This document shows, in pieces, positions 20,633 to 30,506 of a DNA stretch of 64,000 bases. The translations under genes and the position numbers were made by a program. The stretch covers positions 152,221 to 216,220 of the forward strand of contig JBFMAF010000028.1 in the NCBI GenBank assembly GCA_040755995.1, in the 5' to 3' direction. This stretch comes from Acidobacteriota bacterium (GTDB taxonomy: Bacteria > Acidobacteriota > CAIWXX01). Every line of letters begins with the position of its first letter. Position 1 is the stretch's first letter. The notes below the pieces were generated by a model. It was not told the origin of the DNA. It worked only from the letters and a program-made list of their open reading frames with translations, and did no database searches.

Positions 20633-22465
20633 ATGACAGAGGCGACCACTAAGCCATCCCGCCGGGCACCGGCGCACCCGAGGAGATCGCTCTGGCGGAA
20701 TCGCGTCAGGTCATTCTGGCTCGACATCCGATGGTTTGTCCTGGGCGCCCTGACTGTCTTCACCTTGGGTCTCGGCTGCGTGGGATTCCATGGGCACTTC
20801 GAACTGACGGGTGAATACAGGTCGCCTGGCGATCTCCTCTACCTCTCGCTGCAGCTGTTCACGCTCGAGTCCGGCTCGATTGTGCCTCCGATCCCATGGC
20901 AGCTCCAGATCGCGCGCCTGCTCGCTCCGGCAATCGCCGTCTACACCGCGGTGCAGGCGCTGCTCGCCCTCTTCCACGAGCAGCTGCAGCTACTCCGCGT
21001 GCGCTTCGTGAAGAACCACGTCGTCATCTGCGGGCTCGGCCAGCGCGGCCTGCACCTCGCGCAGGGATTCCGCGACCGCGGATACCGCGTGGTCGTCGTG
21101 GAACATGACGAGGATGATCCGCTGATCGGATCGTGCCGCGAACGCGGTGCGATCGTTCTGATGGGTGACGCCAGAGATCCGGCCATCTTGCGAAAGGCGA
21201 GAGTCCACCGCGCCGCATACCTGGTCGCGGTCTGCAGCGACGATGGGATCAACACGGAGGTGGCTATCCAGGCTGAGAAGCTGGTCCGGAGTCGCCGGGG
21301 GTCAGTGCTGGCGACTTTCATCCACATAGAGGACGTCGAGCTCTGCAGCCTGCTCCGTGAGCGAGGGCTGGCAAGCGAGGAGATCTCATCGTTCCGCCTC
21401 GAGTTCTTCAACATCCTCGAGACCGGCGCCCGGCTGATGCTCGACCACTTCCCGGCTCTGGAGAGGCCGCCGGGCGAAGAGGTCCCGGACTCGCCCGCAG
21501 CACCTCCGCACATCGTTGTGATCGGTCTGGGCAAGATGGGACGAAGCCTGGTGGTTGAGGCGGGGAGACGCTGGTGGCTGAGGCATTCATCCGACGGCAG
21601 CAGACTCCGCATCACCGCACTCGACAATGCGGCCGACACGAAGAAGGCGGTCCTGTGCATCCGCTACCCGCAGCTGGACAGGGCCTGCGACATCACCCCT
21701 TTCCAGATCGATCTGAGCTCCATCGAATTCGAACGAGGCGACTTCATCTTTGCCCCCGGCAGCCGGTGTGATGTTAGCATCGTATATCTCTGCTTTGACG
21801 ACGACGTGCACGCGCTCGCGGCTGCACTGTCGCTCCACCAGAGAACCCGCGAATACCGAATCCCGATCATAGTCCGAATGAGCCACGACGGGGGACTGGC
21901 TTCGCTGATGCAGCCGCTGGCGGGCGGGCCGGGCACATTCGAAGACCTCCACGCATTCGGCATGCTGGAACGCGCGTGCACGCCGGAGCTGCTGCTGAGC
22001 GGCACGCACGAGCAGCTCGCGCAGGCGTTCCACGAACAATACGTGGTAGGGCGAGAAAAGGCAGGCGACACGCCGCAGACCAACAAGGCCATGGTGCCAT
22101 GGCATGCGCTGCCGGAGGGCCTCAAGGAGTCCAACCGGCGCCAGGCGGACGACGTGGCCGTTAAGCTCAAGGCGGTCGGGTGTCGAATCATGCCTCTGGC
22201 CGACTGGGCGCAGCCGCCGCTGGAGCTCACACGGGAGGAAGTGGAGCTTCTGGCGAAGATGGAACATGCGCGCTGGTGCGATGAGCGCCGCACGGCCGGC
22301 TGGCGCTATGCACCGCCGCCGAAAAACGAGGCGAAGAAGACTAGCCCGTATCTCGCAGCGTGGGGGGAGCTTGATGAGAAGACGAAGGACATCGATCGCG
22401 ACGCGATGCGCTCCATCCCTGCGACCCTGGCACGGGCGGGGTTCCAGACCTATCGACAGAGATAG
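20633..22465 (+). CDS. 2TM channel-like protein with two RCK/TrkA-N domains and tandem RyR domains
   Basis: TM1, pore-like helix (LYLSLQLFTLESG), TM2. HVVICGLGQRG..GDA and HIVVIGLGKMGRS Rossmann folds. RyR repeats LAQAFHEQY..VPWHALPEGLKESNR and LAKMEHARWC..GWRY..SPYLAAWGEL. Confidence 0.85.
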   Translation: MTEATTKPSRRAPAHPRRSLWRNRVRSFWLDIRWFVLGALTVFTLGLGCVGFHGHFELTGEYRSPGDLLYLSLQLFTLESGSIVPPIPWQLQIARLLAPAIAVYTAVQALLALFHEQLQLLRVRFVKNHVVICGLGQRGLHLAQGFRDRGYRVVVVEHDEDDPLIGSCRERGAIVLMGDARDPAILRKARVHRAAYLVAVCSDDGINTEVAIQAEKLVRSRRGSVLATFIHIEDVELCSLLRERGLASEEISSFRLEFFNILETGARLMLDHFPALERPPGEEVPDSPAAPPHIVVIGLGKMGRSLVVEAGRRWWLRHSSDGSRLRITALDNAADTKKAVLCIRYPQLDRACDITPFQIDLSSIEFERGDFIFAPGSRCDVSIVYLCFDDDVHALAAALSLHQRTREYRIPIIVRMSHDGGLASLMQPLAGGPGTFEDLHAFGMLERACTPELLLSGTHEQLAQAFHEQYVVGREKAGDTPQTNKAMVPWHALPEGLKESNRRQADDVAVKLKAVGCRIMPLADWAQPPLELTREEVELLAKMEHARWCDERRTAGWRYAPPPKNEAKKTSPYLAAWGELDEKTKDIDRDAMRSIPATLARAGFQTYRQR

Positions 22466-22484
22466 GAAGCCAGAGGAGGCCGTC

Positions 22485-24992
22485 ATGCATGAGCGGAACA
22501 CCGACTCGAAGTCAGCTGACCGTGAATGGGCCCGGAAACAGATCGCCACATTCCGATCGCGGCTGGGGGACTACGAGGGGTTTGCCAGGGTACTGAAGGC
22601 GGTGCTGGAGCAGGTCGCCCGAAAGCTCGCTCCGCAGGCCATCGTCCAGACGCGCCCCAAGTCCATCGCCAGTTTCGCCGACAAGATCTACCGCAAGAGG
22701 GCCGGGCACAAGGACCCCGTCAACCAGTTCACGGACCTGTGCGGCGGCAGGGTCATCGTGCACACGCCGGAAGAGGTGAAGGCAATCTCCAAGTTCATCG
22801 AGGATCACTTCATTATCGACTGGGACAACAGCGTCGACGTCAGCCAGCGCCACAAGCCCACCGAGTTCGGTTACCGCTCCGTTCACTACATCGTCAGCTT
22901 CAAGCGGCGCGCCTTTCCCAATGCGTGGGCGGATGTGAAAGTCCCCAGGTTTCTTCTCGATATGAAGAACCCCCGCGCCGAGATCCAGGTCAGAACCCTC
23001 CTCGAACATGCGTGGGCGGACATCTCTCATGACCTCGTGTACAAGTGCGGCTTCAAGATACCCTCGGGCCTCGAGCGCGAGCTTGCGGCAGTGGCCGCCC
23101 TTCTCGAGAACGCGGACAGCTCTTTCTCGCGTATCGTGACCGCGTTGCGCACGTATGCATCCTCTTATGGCGTCTACATGACGCCGGGTCGGATGCGCCA
23201 GCAGATCGAACTTCTGGAGTTCGTGTTGGGGCACGACCGCGAGAACGTGCAGCTGGCTTCGAAGCTCGGGCAGCTGGCCATCTCGCTTGGCGATTGGGAA
23301 CTGGCCGTGCGAGTGTTGGGGAAGCACACCCGGAGCGGCCACACGGTCGTTCTGAGAGACCTGGGCAGGTCCCTGTGCAAGCTCCACGCGCAGAATCCCC
23401 GTGGTCGTGATTACCGGCAGGGCCAGAGGTTCTTGGAGAAAGCCGCTTCCGGCGCGGAACCAGACCGGGATGCGATTGCCATGCTGGCTGGGACCTGGAG
23501 GCGCGTCGACACCGAGAAGGCGCGGCAGCTGTACCTGCGCGCCTACGAGATGGATCCGACGGATTGCTATGCGCTCGGGAACCATCTGGACGCCGAAATC
23601 GAGGCCCGGAAGGACGTGTCGATCGTCCAGCTGATGACTCCCGTCATCCTCGCGTCGATCAATCGCTGCCGGCAGCAGGCAAGGGTGGGCATCAACCTCC
23701 CCTATGCGTTTTACGCCATGGGGAAGTTCTACCTGTACATGGAAAGACCCTACGAGAGCCTTGTCGCATATGCCAAGGCCCTCCAGCTCAGCAGCGCGCC
23801 GTTCATGATCGAAAGCCCGCTTCGATCGATTGAGGGATTGAAGCCGATCCGGGATACGCTCGCCGGGTACAACTGGGTACACACCCTGCTGCTAGCGGGA
23901 CTCGCCGCGAAGTTCCCGACCGACGCACGGCGCAAGGCGCTCAAGGAACTCGCTTCGACGAAGCCGATCGAACCGCCGATAGTCATCGTTGCGGGCGGCT
24001 GTGATCCCGCGTTCGAGCAGGAGATGTCGAGCTATCGAGACCTGGTGATCGGTGCTTTCCGAGATTACACGGGAACGGTCATCTCCGGCGGCACGATCGA
24101 AGGGATCAGTGGATTCGTGGGAGACCTGGCAGAGAAGTATCGAGGGTCGATTCGCACACTATCCTACCTCCCCAAGATGATCCCCTCAGACGCCACGTTG
24201 GACCGGAGGTATGATGAAATCCGCAGGACGGAGGGCTCGGGGTTCAGTCCGTTGGAGCCGCTTCAGAACTGGGTGGACATCATCAGCGCCGGAATCTACC
24301 CCGCGACGGTGAAGGTCCTGGGGATCAACGGGGGCAGCATCTCGGCGGTGGAATACCGGCTGGCCCTGGCTCTTGGCGCCAAGGTCGGCATCGTCGAAGA
24401 CAGCGGCCGCGAGGCCGCTAAGTTGTGGCCCGACGAGGACTGGGGCTCGGCCGAAGGGTTGGCGAAACTTCCCAAAGATCCCATGACGCTCCGTGCCTTC
24501 ATCGGCACGGGCGAGCCACGCTGGAAGGAAGATGAGCGGAAGGCCGTGGCGCAGGCGATCCACCAGGAATACAGGATGAATCGCATGAAACGGGAGATTG
24601 AGGCTGATACCGCAATGGCACCCTGGGGAGCCTTGCGAGAGGAGCTGGTGCGATCGAACCTTCAACAAGCTGACCACGTCTTCGAGAAACTCGGAGAGAT
24701 CGGGTGCACGCTCGTGAAGATATCGGGAAGGAAGATCAAGCTGCTCAGGTTCACAGGTGACGAGGTGGAGAAGATGGCCGAGATGGAGCACGGAAGGTGG
24801 AACGCGGAGCGACTGCTGGATGGATGGAGTTGGGCGCCGGACCGCGATCCTCTGAAGAAGACCAGCCCGTACCTGGTGGCATGGGCGGACCTGCCGGAGG
24901 ATGTGAGGGAGTGGGATCGGGCCACGGTGCGCAAGATTCCAGAGTTCCTGGCGAACATCGGGTACGAGGTCCGGAGGGGTCGGAGGCGATAG
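22485..24992 (+). CDS. RelA/SpoT-type alarmone synthetase domain + TPR + SLOG-like domain + tandem RyR domains
   Basis: RPKS..S..DK, DLCGGRVI, GYRSVHYIV, EIQVRT..HAWADISHDLVYK. TPR helices. IVAGG..ISGGT..GI..INGG..E..LA..V.IVEDSGREA (SLOG-like). RyR VAQAIHQEY..PW..L..SN and MAEMEHGRWNAERLLDGW..SPYLVAWADL. ATG 22485 after GAGGAGG. Confidence 0.85.
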   Translation: MHERNTDSKSADREWARKQIATFRSRLGDYEGFARVLKAVLEQVARKLAPQAIVQTRPKSIASFADKIYRKRAGHKDPVNQFTDLCGGRVIVHTPEEVKAISKFIEDHFIIDWDNSVDVSQRHKPTEFGYRSVHYIVSFKRRAFPNAWADVKVPRFLLDMKNPRAEIQVRTLLEHAWADISHDLVYKCGFKIPSGLERELAAVAALLENADSSFSRIVTALRTYASSYGVYMTPGRMRQQIELLEFVLGHDRENVQLASKLGQLAISLGDWELAVRVLGKHTRSGHTVVLRDLGRSLCKLHAQNPRGRDYRQGQRFLEKAASGAEPDRDAIAMLAGTWRRVDTEKARQLYLRAYEMDPTDCYALGNHLDAEIEARKDVSIVQLMTPVILASINRCRQQARVGINLPYAFYAMGKFYLYMERPYESLVAYAKALQLSSAPFMIESPLRSIEGLKPIRDTLAGYNWVHTLLLAGLAAKFPTDARRKALKELASTKPIEPPIVIVAGGCDPAFEQEMSSYRDLVIGAFRDYTGTVISGGTIEGISGFVGDLAEKYRGSIRTLSYLPKMIPSDATLDRRYDEIRRTEGSGFSPLEPLQNWVDIISAGIYPATVKVLGINGGSISAVEYRLALALGAKVGIVEDSGREAAKLWPDEDWGSAEGLAKLPKDPMTLRAFIGTGEPRWKEDERKAVAQAIHQEYRMNRMKREIEADTAMAPWGALREELVRSNLQQADHVFEKLGEIGCTLVKISGRKIKLLRFTGDEVEKMAEMEHGRWNAERLLDGWSWAPDRDPLKKTSPYLVAWADLPEDVREWDRATVRKIPEFLANIGYEVRRGRRR

Positions 24993-25056
24993 GCCCTGAG
25001 GCGTCGGCCTCTGCCGGGCAGAATCGGACGGCGCGCTGCCCTCGACGACCCACGCC

Positions 25057-25215
25057 CTATCGCGCCGGAAGCCCCCGTGCAAACGAGGTCTCTCCGTGCT
25101 CTGCACCTGCTGGCGGCATCTTGACGATCTTCCCTCTTATGAGCTCAACGTGCGCGTCCTCGTCCGGCATGCGTTCGAGCTCCGCTGCGGTGATCCGTCG
25201 CGCTTGGACTGTCAT
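25057..25215 (-). pseudogene. Uma2 family N-terminal fragment
   Basis: MTVQARRITAAELERMPDEDAHVELIRGKIVKMPPAGAEHG, then a premature stop. Confidence 0.6.
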
Positions 25216-25304
25216 CGGCCTTCTCTCGGCGTCTCTTTGAATAATACAATCCGCTTCTCTGCGGCGTCAAGGAGAGCTTGGGATCCAGGGATCCAGGCGA
25301 TCCC

Positions 25305-25333
25305 TTGACAGCGCCCGGACCCGTGCCTATAGT
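25305..25333 (+). promoter_or_regulatory. Near-consensus sigma70 promoter
   Basis: TTGACA-N17-TATAGT. Confidence 0.55.
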
Positions 25334-25662
25334 TGCCTTATGAAATCCAGGGCGCGCCCGAGCCGGTGAGGGCCCGCCTCCTGGAGATACCGGAAAGGCA
25401 CCAAGTGATGTTGGCGGATACACCCGATGCGGCTGAGTTGGCGGAGGCCTACCTTAAGCACGGGGTTGTGGGGCCAGGCAGCCGCTCGGACGCGCTGCAC
25501 GTCGCGTTGGCTACGCTCGGACGTGTGGATGTGCTGGCCAGCTGGAACTTCAAGCACATCGTGAACCTTGGCCGGATAAGGCTGTTCAATGCTGTGAACC
25601 TGGAACAGGGATTCGGATTGATCGAGATCCGTACCCCACAGGAGGTGGTGTCTGATGACTAG
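25333..25662 (+). pseudogene. PIN-domain protein, 5'-truncated
   Basis: LAEAYL..DALHVALAT..DVLASWNFKHIVN..IRTPQEV present; N-terminal YxDT motif missing. Confidence 0.65.
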
Positions 25663-25869
25663 GACGTTCGATGCGGTTGCGTGGATGAGACGCCGGCGCA
25701 TAGAGATGATGAAGAGGACGCTCTGCTCACCTGGGATGACAAACGAGATCGGACACGGCGAGTGCTCCAACAAGATCCGCTCTGGCAGCGGCTTCGTGAC
25801 CGCATGAGCCCCATACAAGCATCATACGATCGCCCGTCGAGTAGAGAAGGCGTAGGTGGCGCGGCGTGA
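25655..25869 (+). pseudogene. Small PIN-associated (antitoxin-like) protein, frameshifted
   Basis: MTRTFDAVAWMRRRRIE continues in another frame as DEEDALLTWDDKRDRTRRVLQQDPLWQRL; overlaps the PIN stop. Confidence 0.5.
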
Positions 25870-26024
25870 TCGGCGGCTTAGAATCGGAAACCTGCTGCCC
25901 CATCCTGAGGTCGAGCGCTCTTCCGCTTACGAGTGCCGACTCGACGGCGTCGTGCACGAGATCGGACCCGTCCTCGTAGCAGAGTAGTGACTGTTTCGCC
26001 TTTGTTGTCTATGCGAGAACACGT

Positions 26025-27383
26025 TCACTCCTCTCCTTGCGGGGTTTTCCGCTCGCGCAGGCCGTACTTGCTCATGTAGTAGCGGAGCGAGCGGGGGGTG
26101 ATGCCGAGCAGGTCCGCCGCGTCCTTCTGGACTCCGCCGCTCAGATCGAGCGCCCTCACGATGTAGTTCTTCTCGATCTCCTGTATGTACTCCTCCAGCT
26201 TGAACCCCTCCCCGACTTCGGGCGAGCCGTGCGGGAGGCCTCGATAGGCGGGCGCGCGGCGCCCGCCGATCCGCTCCGGGAGACTTTCAGCGGTGATGAC
26301 GGTGGTGCTCTCCAGGGCGACGGCCCGTTCGACGGCGTTCTCGAGCTCTCGGACGTTCCCGGGCCAGTCCCACTGCTGCAGGAGCGCGGCCGCCTCCGGC
26401 GAGAATCCCGTGATCGACTTGTCATTCTGTCTGGCGAACCTGGCCAAAAAGTGCTCGGCGATCGGCATGATGTCCTCGACCCGCTCCCTCAGCGGCGGGA
26501 TGAAGATGGGGATGACGTTGACCCGGTAGAAGAGGTCCTCGCGGAACTTGCCCTCCGCCGCCAGCTTCGGAAGATCCTTGTTGGTCGCGGCAATGATCCT
26601 CACGTCCACGGGGATGTCTTTGACTCCACCGATACGGCGTATGATGCGATCCTGCAGGAAACGCAGGAGCTTCACCTGCATCGGCGGGGACATCTCGGCG
26701 ATCTCGTCGAGGAGAAGCGTCCCGTGGTCTGCGACCTCCAGAAGGCCCTTCTTGTTGGTGACGGAGCCGGTGAAAGACCCTTTCATGTGGCCGAACAGCT
26801 CGCTCTCGAGCAGCGTGTCGGGGAGAGCGCCGCAGTTGATAGAGAAGAACCGGTGGTCCCGCCGCAGGCTGCTGGCGTGCACCCGAAGTGCCACCAGTTC
26901 CTTGCCCGTGCCGCTCTCGCCCATCAGCAGGATGGTTGAGTTGGTGCGCGCCACCTGGTCGGCCAGCTTCAGAATCTGCTCCATCTTCGGGCTCTTCCAC
27001 ACGATCTCCTTGCCCAGCAGGTTCTTCTTCTCCAGCGCCTGCCTCACCACCAGCCGGATCTCGTCGATGTCGAACGGCTTGGTGATGTAGTCGATCGCGC
27101 CGAGCTTCAAACTGTCCACGGCGCTCTTGGGCGATGCATATGCGGTGATCATGACGACCGAGGTAGCCGGGGAGAATTCCTTGGTGAACCTGAGCAGGTC
27201 GATGCCGTCGCCGTCCGGCATGATGATGTCGCTGATCACCAGGTCGATGCTCTCGTCGGTCAGCACTCGCTTCGCCTGCTCCCCGCTCTCCGCAGTAAAC
27301 ACCGTGTAGTCCTGCTTCTTGAGCATGATTGCGAGCACGTCTCGCATGCTCGCTTCGTCATCCACGACCAGTATTGTGCTCAT
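26025..27383 (-). CDS. pilR: sigma54-dependent response regulator PilR (NtrC family)
   Basis: REC + AAA+ (GESGTGKE, GSFTGS) + Fis HTH (AADLLGITPRSLRY); downstream of pilS in the pil cluster. Confidence 0.8.
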   Translation of the reverse strand: MSTILVVDDEASMRDVLAIMLKKQDYTVFTAESGEQAKRVLTDESIDLVISDIIMPDGDGIDLLRFTKEFSPATSVVMITAYASPKSAVDSLKLGAIDYITKPFDIDEIRLVVRQALEKKNLLGKEIVWKSPKMEQILKLADQVARTNSTILLMGESGTGKELVALRVHASSLRRDHRFFSINCGALPDTLLESELFGHMKGSFTGSVTNKKGLLEVADHGTLLLDEIAEMSPPMQVKLLRFLQDRIIRRIGGVKDIPVDVRIIAATNKDLPKLAAEGKFREDLFYRVNVIPIFIPPLRERVEDIMPIAEHFLARFARQNDKSITGFSPEAAALLQQWDWPGNVRELENAVERAVALESTTVITAESLPERIGGRRAPAYRGLPHGSPEVGEGFKLEEYIQEIEKNYIVRALDLSGGVQKDAADLLGITPRSLRYYMSKYGLRERKTPQGEE

Positions 27384-27406
27384 CGGCGGATCCCCTCTGC
27401 CGTTCC

Positions 27407-29107
27407 CTAGACGACGGGCTCAACCTCTCTGGCGAGCAGGATCTCGATCTCGGTCCCCTCGCCCTTCCTGCTCCGCACCGAGAGCTTCCCGTCGTAGTCC
27501 TTCACAATTCGCTGGACTATCGCCATTCCCAGGCCGGTGCCTCGCTGAAAACCCGAGAAAAACGGCTGCCCTACCCTCTGCGCCTCGCTTTCGGACATTC
27601 CGACCCCCGTGTCGCGGAAGGACAGCGCATAGCCTGTGCCGCCGTCCGGCCGCGCAATCTCGATCGTGAGTGTACCTCCGACGGGCATGGCCTTGATCGC
27701 GTTCTTCATGATGTTCCAGAATACCTGCGCCCACTGGCGGCGGTCAGCCACGAACGGCGCTCCGGCGGCCGCCTTGAGCACCACGTGGTGCGCGTCGGTG
27801 AGCTCGTGGCTGTTGTTCAGGAGCGACACCGTCTCCCTCGCCAGCTCCACCAGATCAATCTCCTCCATCACCACCTGGCTCGGCCGGGCAAACTCCAGGA
27901 AGTCATCAATCGTCTTGTCCAGCCGCCCCGACTCCCGCATCACGATCTCCATCAAGTACTGCTGCTCCGCAGTGAGCTCCAGCTCCTCCCCCAACACCTG
28001 CAGCGAGCCGCTGATCGAGGCCAGCGGATTTCGAATCTCGTGCGCGATGCCCGCAGCCATCTCTCCCACCGCCGCCAGCCGGTCCTTGATCCGGACCTCC
28101 TGTTCCAGCCGCCGTACGTCTGTCAGATCGAGGAAGTTGAAGACGAATCCGACGGGCTCTCCGCCGCGCGCGCGCAGCAGAGACGCCGCCACACCGACGA
28201 TCAGCCGGCCACCGTCGCCTCGCGCCACCTCCCGCTCGAACCTCACCACCCGCTTTTCCAGCAGGTCGGGATAGAGACGATCGAAGAAGCCGGGCGGCAC
28301 TCCCAGGATTGTCGCCAGATCCTTGCCCCTCAGATCGGCTTCATCACAGCGCAGTATCTTGGCACCGGCGGGGTTGATCGTCGTGATCGTGGCTCGCAGA
28401 TCGGTCGACAGCAGGCCGCTGGCCATGTTGTCAACGATGTCCCGGTGTATGGCCTGCAGATCCGCCAGATCCCCAAGCTTCACCTCCAGCTGCGCGCCGG
28501 TGCGTTTGAGGCTTTCGGACAGGTAGGAGCTGAGCAGGGCGGCGGCGAAGAAACCGAAGAGCGAGCTGAAGACGTTGTAGTAAACGACTCCGAGCGAGAC
28601 CGCCGGCGGCGGCGCCTGCTGGGCGCTGTAGAACGGGATGACGCCGTAGTACATGAGGTCCACCAGCACCCCATAGAGGATGCCCGAGAGCGCCGCGATG
28701 ATCAGGCTGCCCTTGCGATATAAGGTGATGCTTGCCGCGATGATCGGGATGATGTATAGGAAGTAGAACGGGCTGACGAGGCCTCCAGAGAAGTAAACCA
28801 GGCCGGTAAGAAACAGCATGTCGCCCACAATCTGCAGGTAAGCCTGGGCGCGCGGGTTCCCGAGCCTCCGGTAGCAGAAATAGTAAAGCAGGGTCAGCGG
28901 GTAGACGGCAGCCAGCATGTAGTAGAGCGGCGCGATGGAGATGAGCTCGTTGCCGATGAACTGCACGAGCAGCAAGGATCCGAACAGAGTCGTGATGATC
29001 AGCGCGCGGATGACGATCATCCAGAAGAGCTTGCGGCGGAGGCTCTGCTCGTCGCTCCCCGCCGCAGCCTCTGGATCGGCCTGCCGGAGCTCTATCTCGT
29101 CAGCCAC
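27407..29107 (-). CDS. pilS: Sensor histidine kinase PilS
   Basis: Multi-TM N-terminus (SPFYFLY), PAS, HisKA (AHEIRNPL), HATPase (GTGLG). Confidence 0.8.
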   Translation of the reverse strand: MADEIELRQADPEAAAGSDEQSLRRKLFWMIVIRALIITTLFGSLLLVQFIGNELISIAPLYYMLAAVYPLTLLYYFCYRRLGNPRAQAYLQIVGDMLFLTGLVYFSGGLVSPFYFLYIIPIIAASITLYRKGSLIIAALSGILYGVLVDLMYYGVIPFYSAQQAPPPAVSLGVVYYNVFSSLFGFFAAALLSSYLSESLKRTGAQLEVKLGDLADLQAIHRDIVDNMASGLLSTDLRATITTINPAGAKILRCDEADLRGKDLATILGVPPGFFDRLYPDLLEKRVVRFEREVARGDGGRLIVGVAASLLRARGGEPVGFVFNFLDLTDVRRLEQEVRIKDRLAAVGEMAAGIAHEIRNPLASISGSLQVLGEELELTAEQQYLMEIVMRESGRLDKTIDDFLEFARPSQVVMEEIDLVELARETVSLLNNSHELTDAHHVVLKAAAGAPFVADRRQWAQVFWNIMKNAIKAMPVGGTLTIEIARPDGGTGYALSFRDTGVGMSESEAQRVGQPFFSGFQRGTGLGMAIVQRIVKDYDGKLSVRSRKGEGTEIEILLAREVEPVV

Positions 29108-29303
29108 AGATGCCCTCCCGGCATGCGCGCGCCAAGTGATAATGCGATTGAGTCGACTTGTTGAGGCTGCGCGTCATTGGCGTGAGCTCGGGTCCGCACC
29201 CGTACCCGGCCGCGTACGCGTGAGGGTACGGATTCCGGCCTTCGGCCTGTGCACGGTGGAGGCGGTCATGCTTCATCGGTCCGAGGCCCCGCCTCGCTGG
29301 TCG

Positions 29304-30506
29304 TCAGAACTTGTTGATGAGGTCGAAGATTGGCAGGTACATCGACACGACGATGCCTCCGATGATCACGCCCAGAAACGCGATCATGATGGGCTCGAGC
29401 AACGCCACCAGCCCCTCGACTGCGCGGTCCACTTCGTCCTCGTAGAAGTCCGCGATCTTGTTCAGCATGGCATCCAGCGCGCCCGTCTGCTCGCCGATCG
29501 ACACCATCTGCACCACCATCGGCGGAAATATGTCCGACCCCTTCAGCGGCTCGGCGATCGACTTGCCGCTCTCGATGGACTTCCGGGTATTCATTATCGC
29601 GTCCTCGACCACGGCGTTGCCCGAGGTCTTGGCGGTGATTTCCAGCCCGTCAAGGATCGGGACGCCCGACGTGATCAAGGTTCCGAGCGTGCGCGTGAAA
29701 CGGGCGATAGCGATCTTCTTGAAGATCATTCCGAGCACGGGCAGCTTGAGGATGATCCCGTCGATCACCCGCCGTCCATTCTCAGTCTTGTGGTATTGCC
29801 GGATCATGTAGACAACGGCGACGGCAAAGATCACGACAAGGTAGCCGAACCGTACCATGAAGTTTGACATGGCGATCACGATTCGAGTCGGGAGCGGCAG
29901 CTCGGCCCCCAAGCTGGAGAAGAGGGACCCGAAGGTCGGGATAACCTTCCACAGGATGACCGCCACGACGACGGCGGCTATGACCAGAACCGCTATCGGG
30001 TAGATCATCGCCGATCGGACCTGCGCCTTGAGCTTGACGTTCTTCTCGATGTACTGCGCCAGGCGCTGCAAGATGGTATCGAGGATACCGCCGGCTTCGC
30101 CCGCGGCCACCATGTTGCAGAACAGGTCGTCGAAGACGGCGGGGTGTTTCTTGAGGGCGTCCGACAAAGTGGCCCCGGCCTCGACGTCCTGTCTGACCTG
30201 AAGGAGGATCCGCTGGAAGGTCCGGTTCTCCTGCTGCGTTCCGAGTACTTCGAGGCACTGGACCAGAGGCAAGCCTGCATCGATCATCACCGAGAACTGC
30301 CGGGTGAACACGGCGATCTCCTTGGAGCTCACGCCCGCGCCCCGCAGGCGCGGAATGGCCACCTCCTTGCCCTTCTCCCTGATGGAGGTCACGGTGACCT
30401 GGTCCTTCCGCAGCATCGCGATGACGGCCGCCTTGTTCTCGGCGGCCATCGCACCGGACACAGCCTGCCCCGCCCGGTTCTTGCCCTTCCATTCGAAGTT
30501 CGGCAT
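29304..30506 (-). CDS. pilC: Type IV pilus platform protein PilC
   Basis: FTRQFSVMIDAGLPL, AGEAGGILD, GEQTGALD..LLEP. Confidence 0.95.
   Translation of the reverse strand: MPNFEWKGKNRAGQAVSGAMAAENKAAVIAMLRKDQVTVTSIREKGKEVAIPRLRGAGVSSKEIAVFTRQFSVMIDAGLPLVQCLEVLGTQQENRTFQRILLQVRQDVEAGATLSDALKKHPAVFDDLFCNMVAAGEAGGILDTILQRLAQYIEKNVKLKAQVRSAMIYPIAVLVIAAVVVAVILWKVIPTFGSLFSSLGAELPLPTRIVIAMSNFMVRFGYLVVIFAVAVVYMIRQYHKTENGRRVIDGIILKLPVLGMIFKKIAIARFTRTLGTLITSGVPILDGLEITAKTSGNAVVEDAIMNTRKSIESGKSIAEPLKGSDIFPPMVVQMVSIGEQTGALDAMLNKIADFYEDEVDRAVEGLVALLEPIMIAFLGVIIGGIVVSMYLPIFDLINKF

Noticed and set aside
22104..22484. N-terminal extension of the 962-aa ORF
   Set aside because: Overlaps the channel gene out of frame; strong RBS at ATG 22485.
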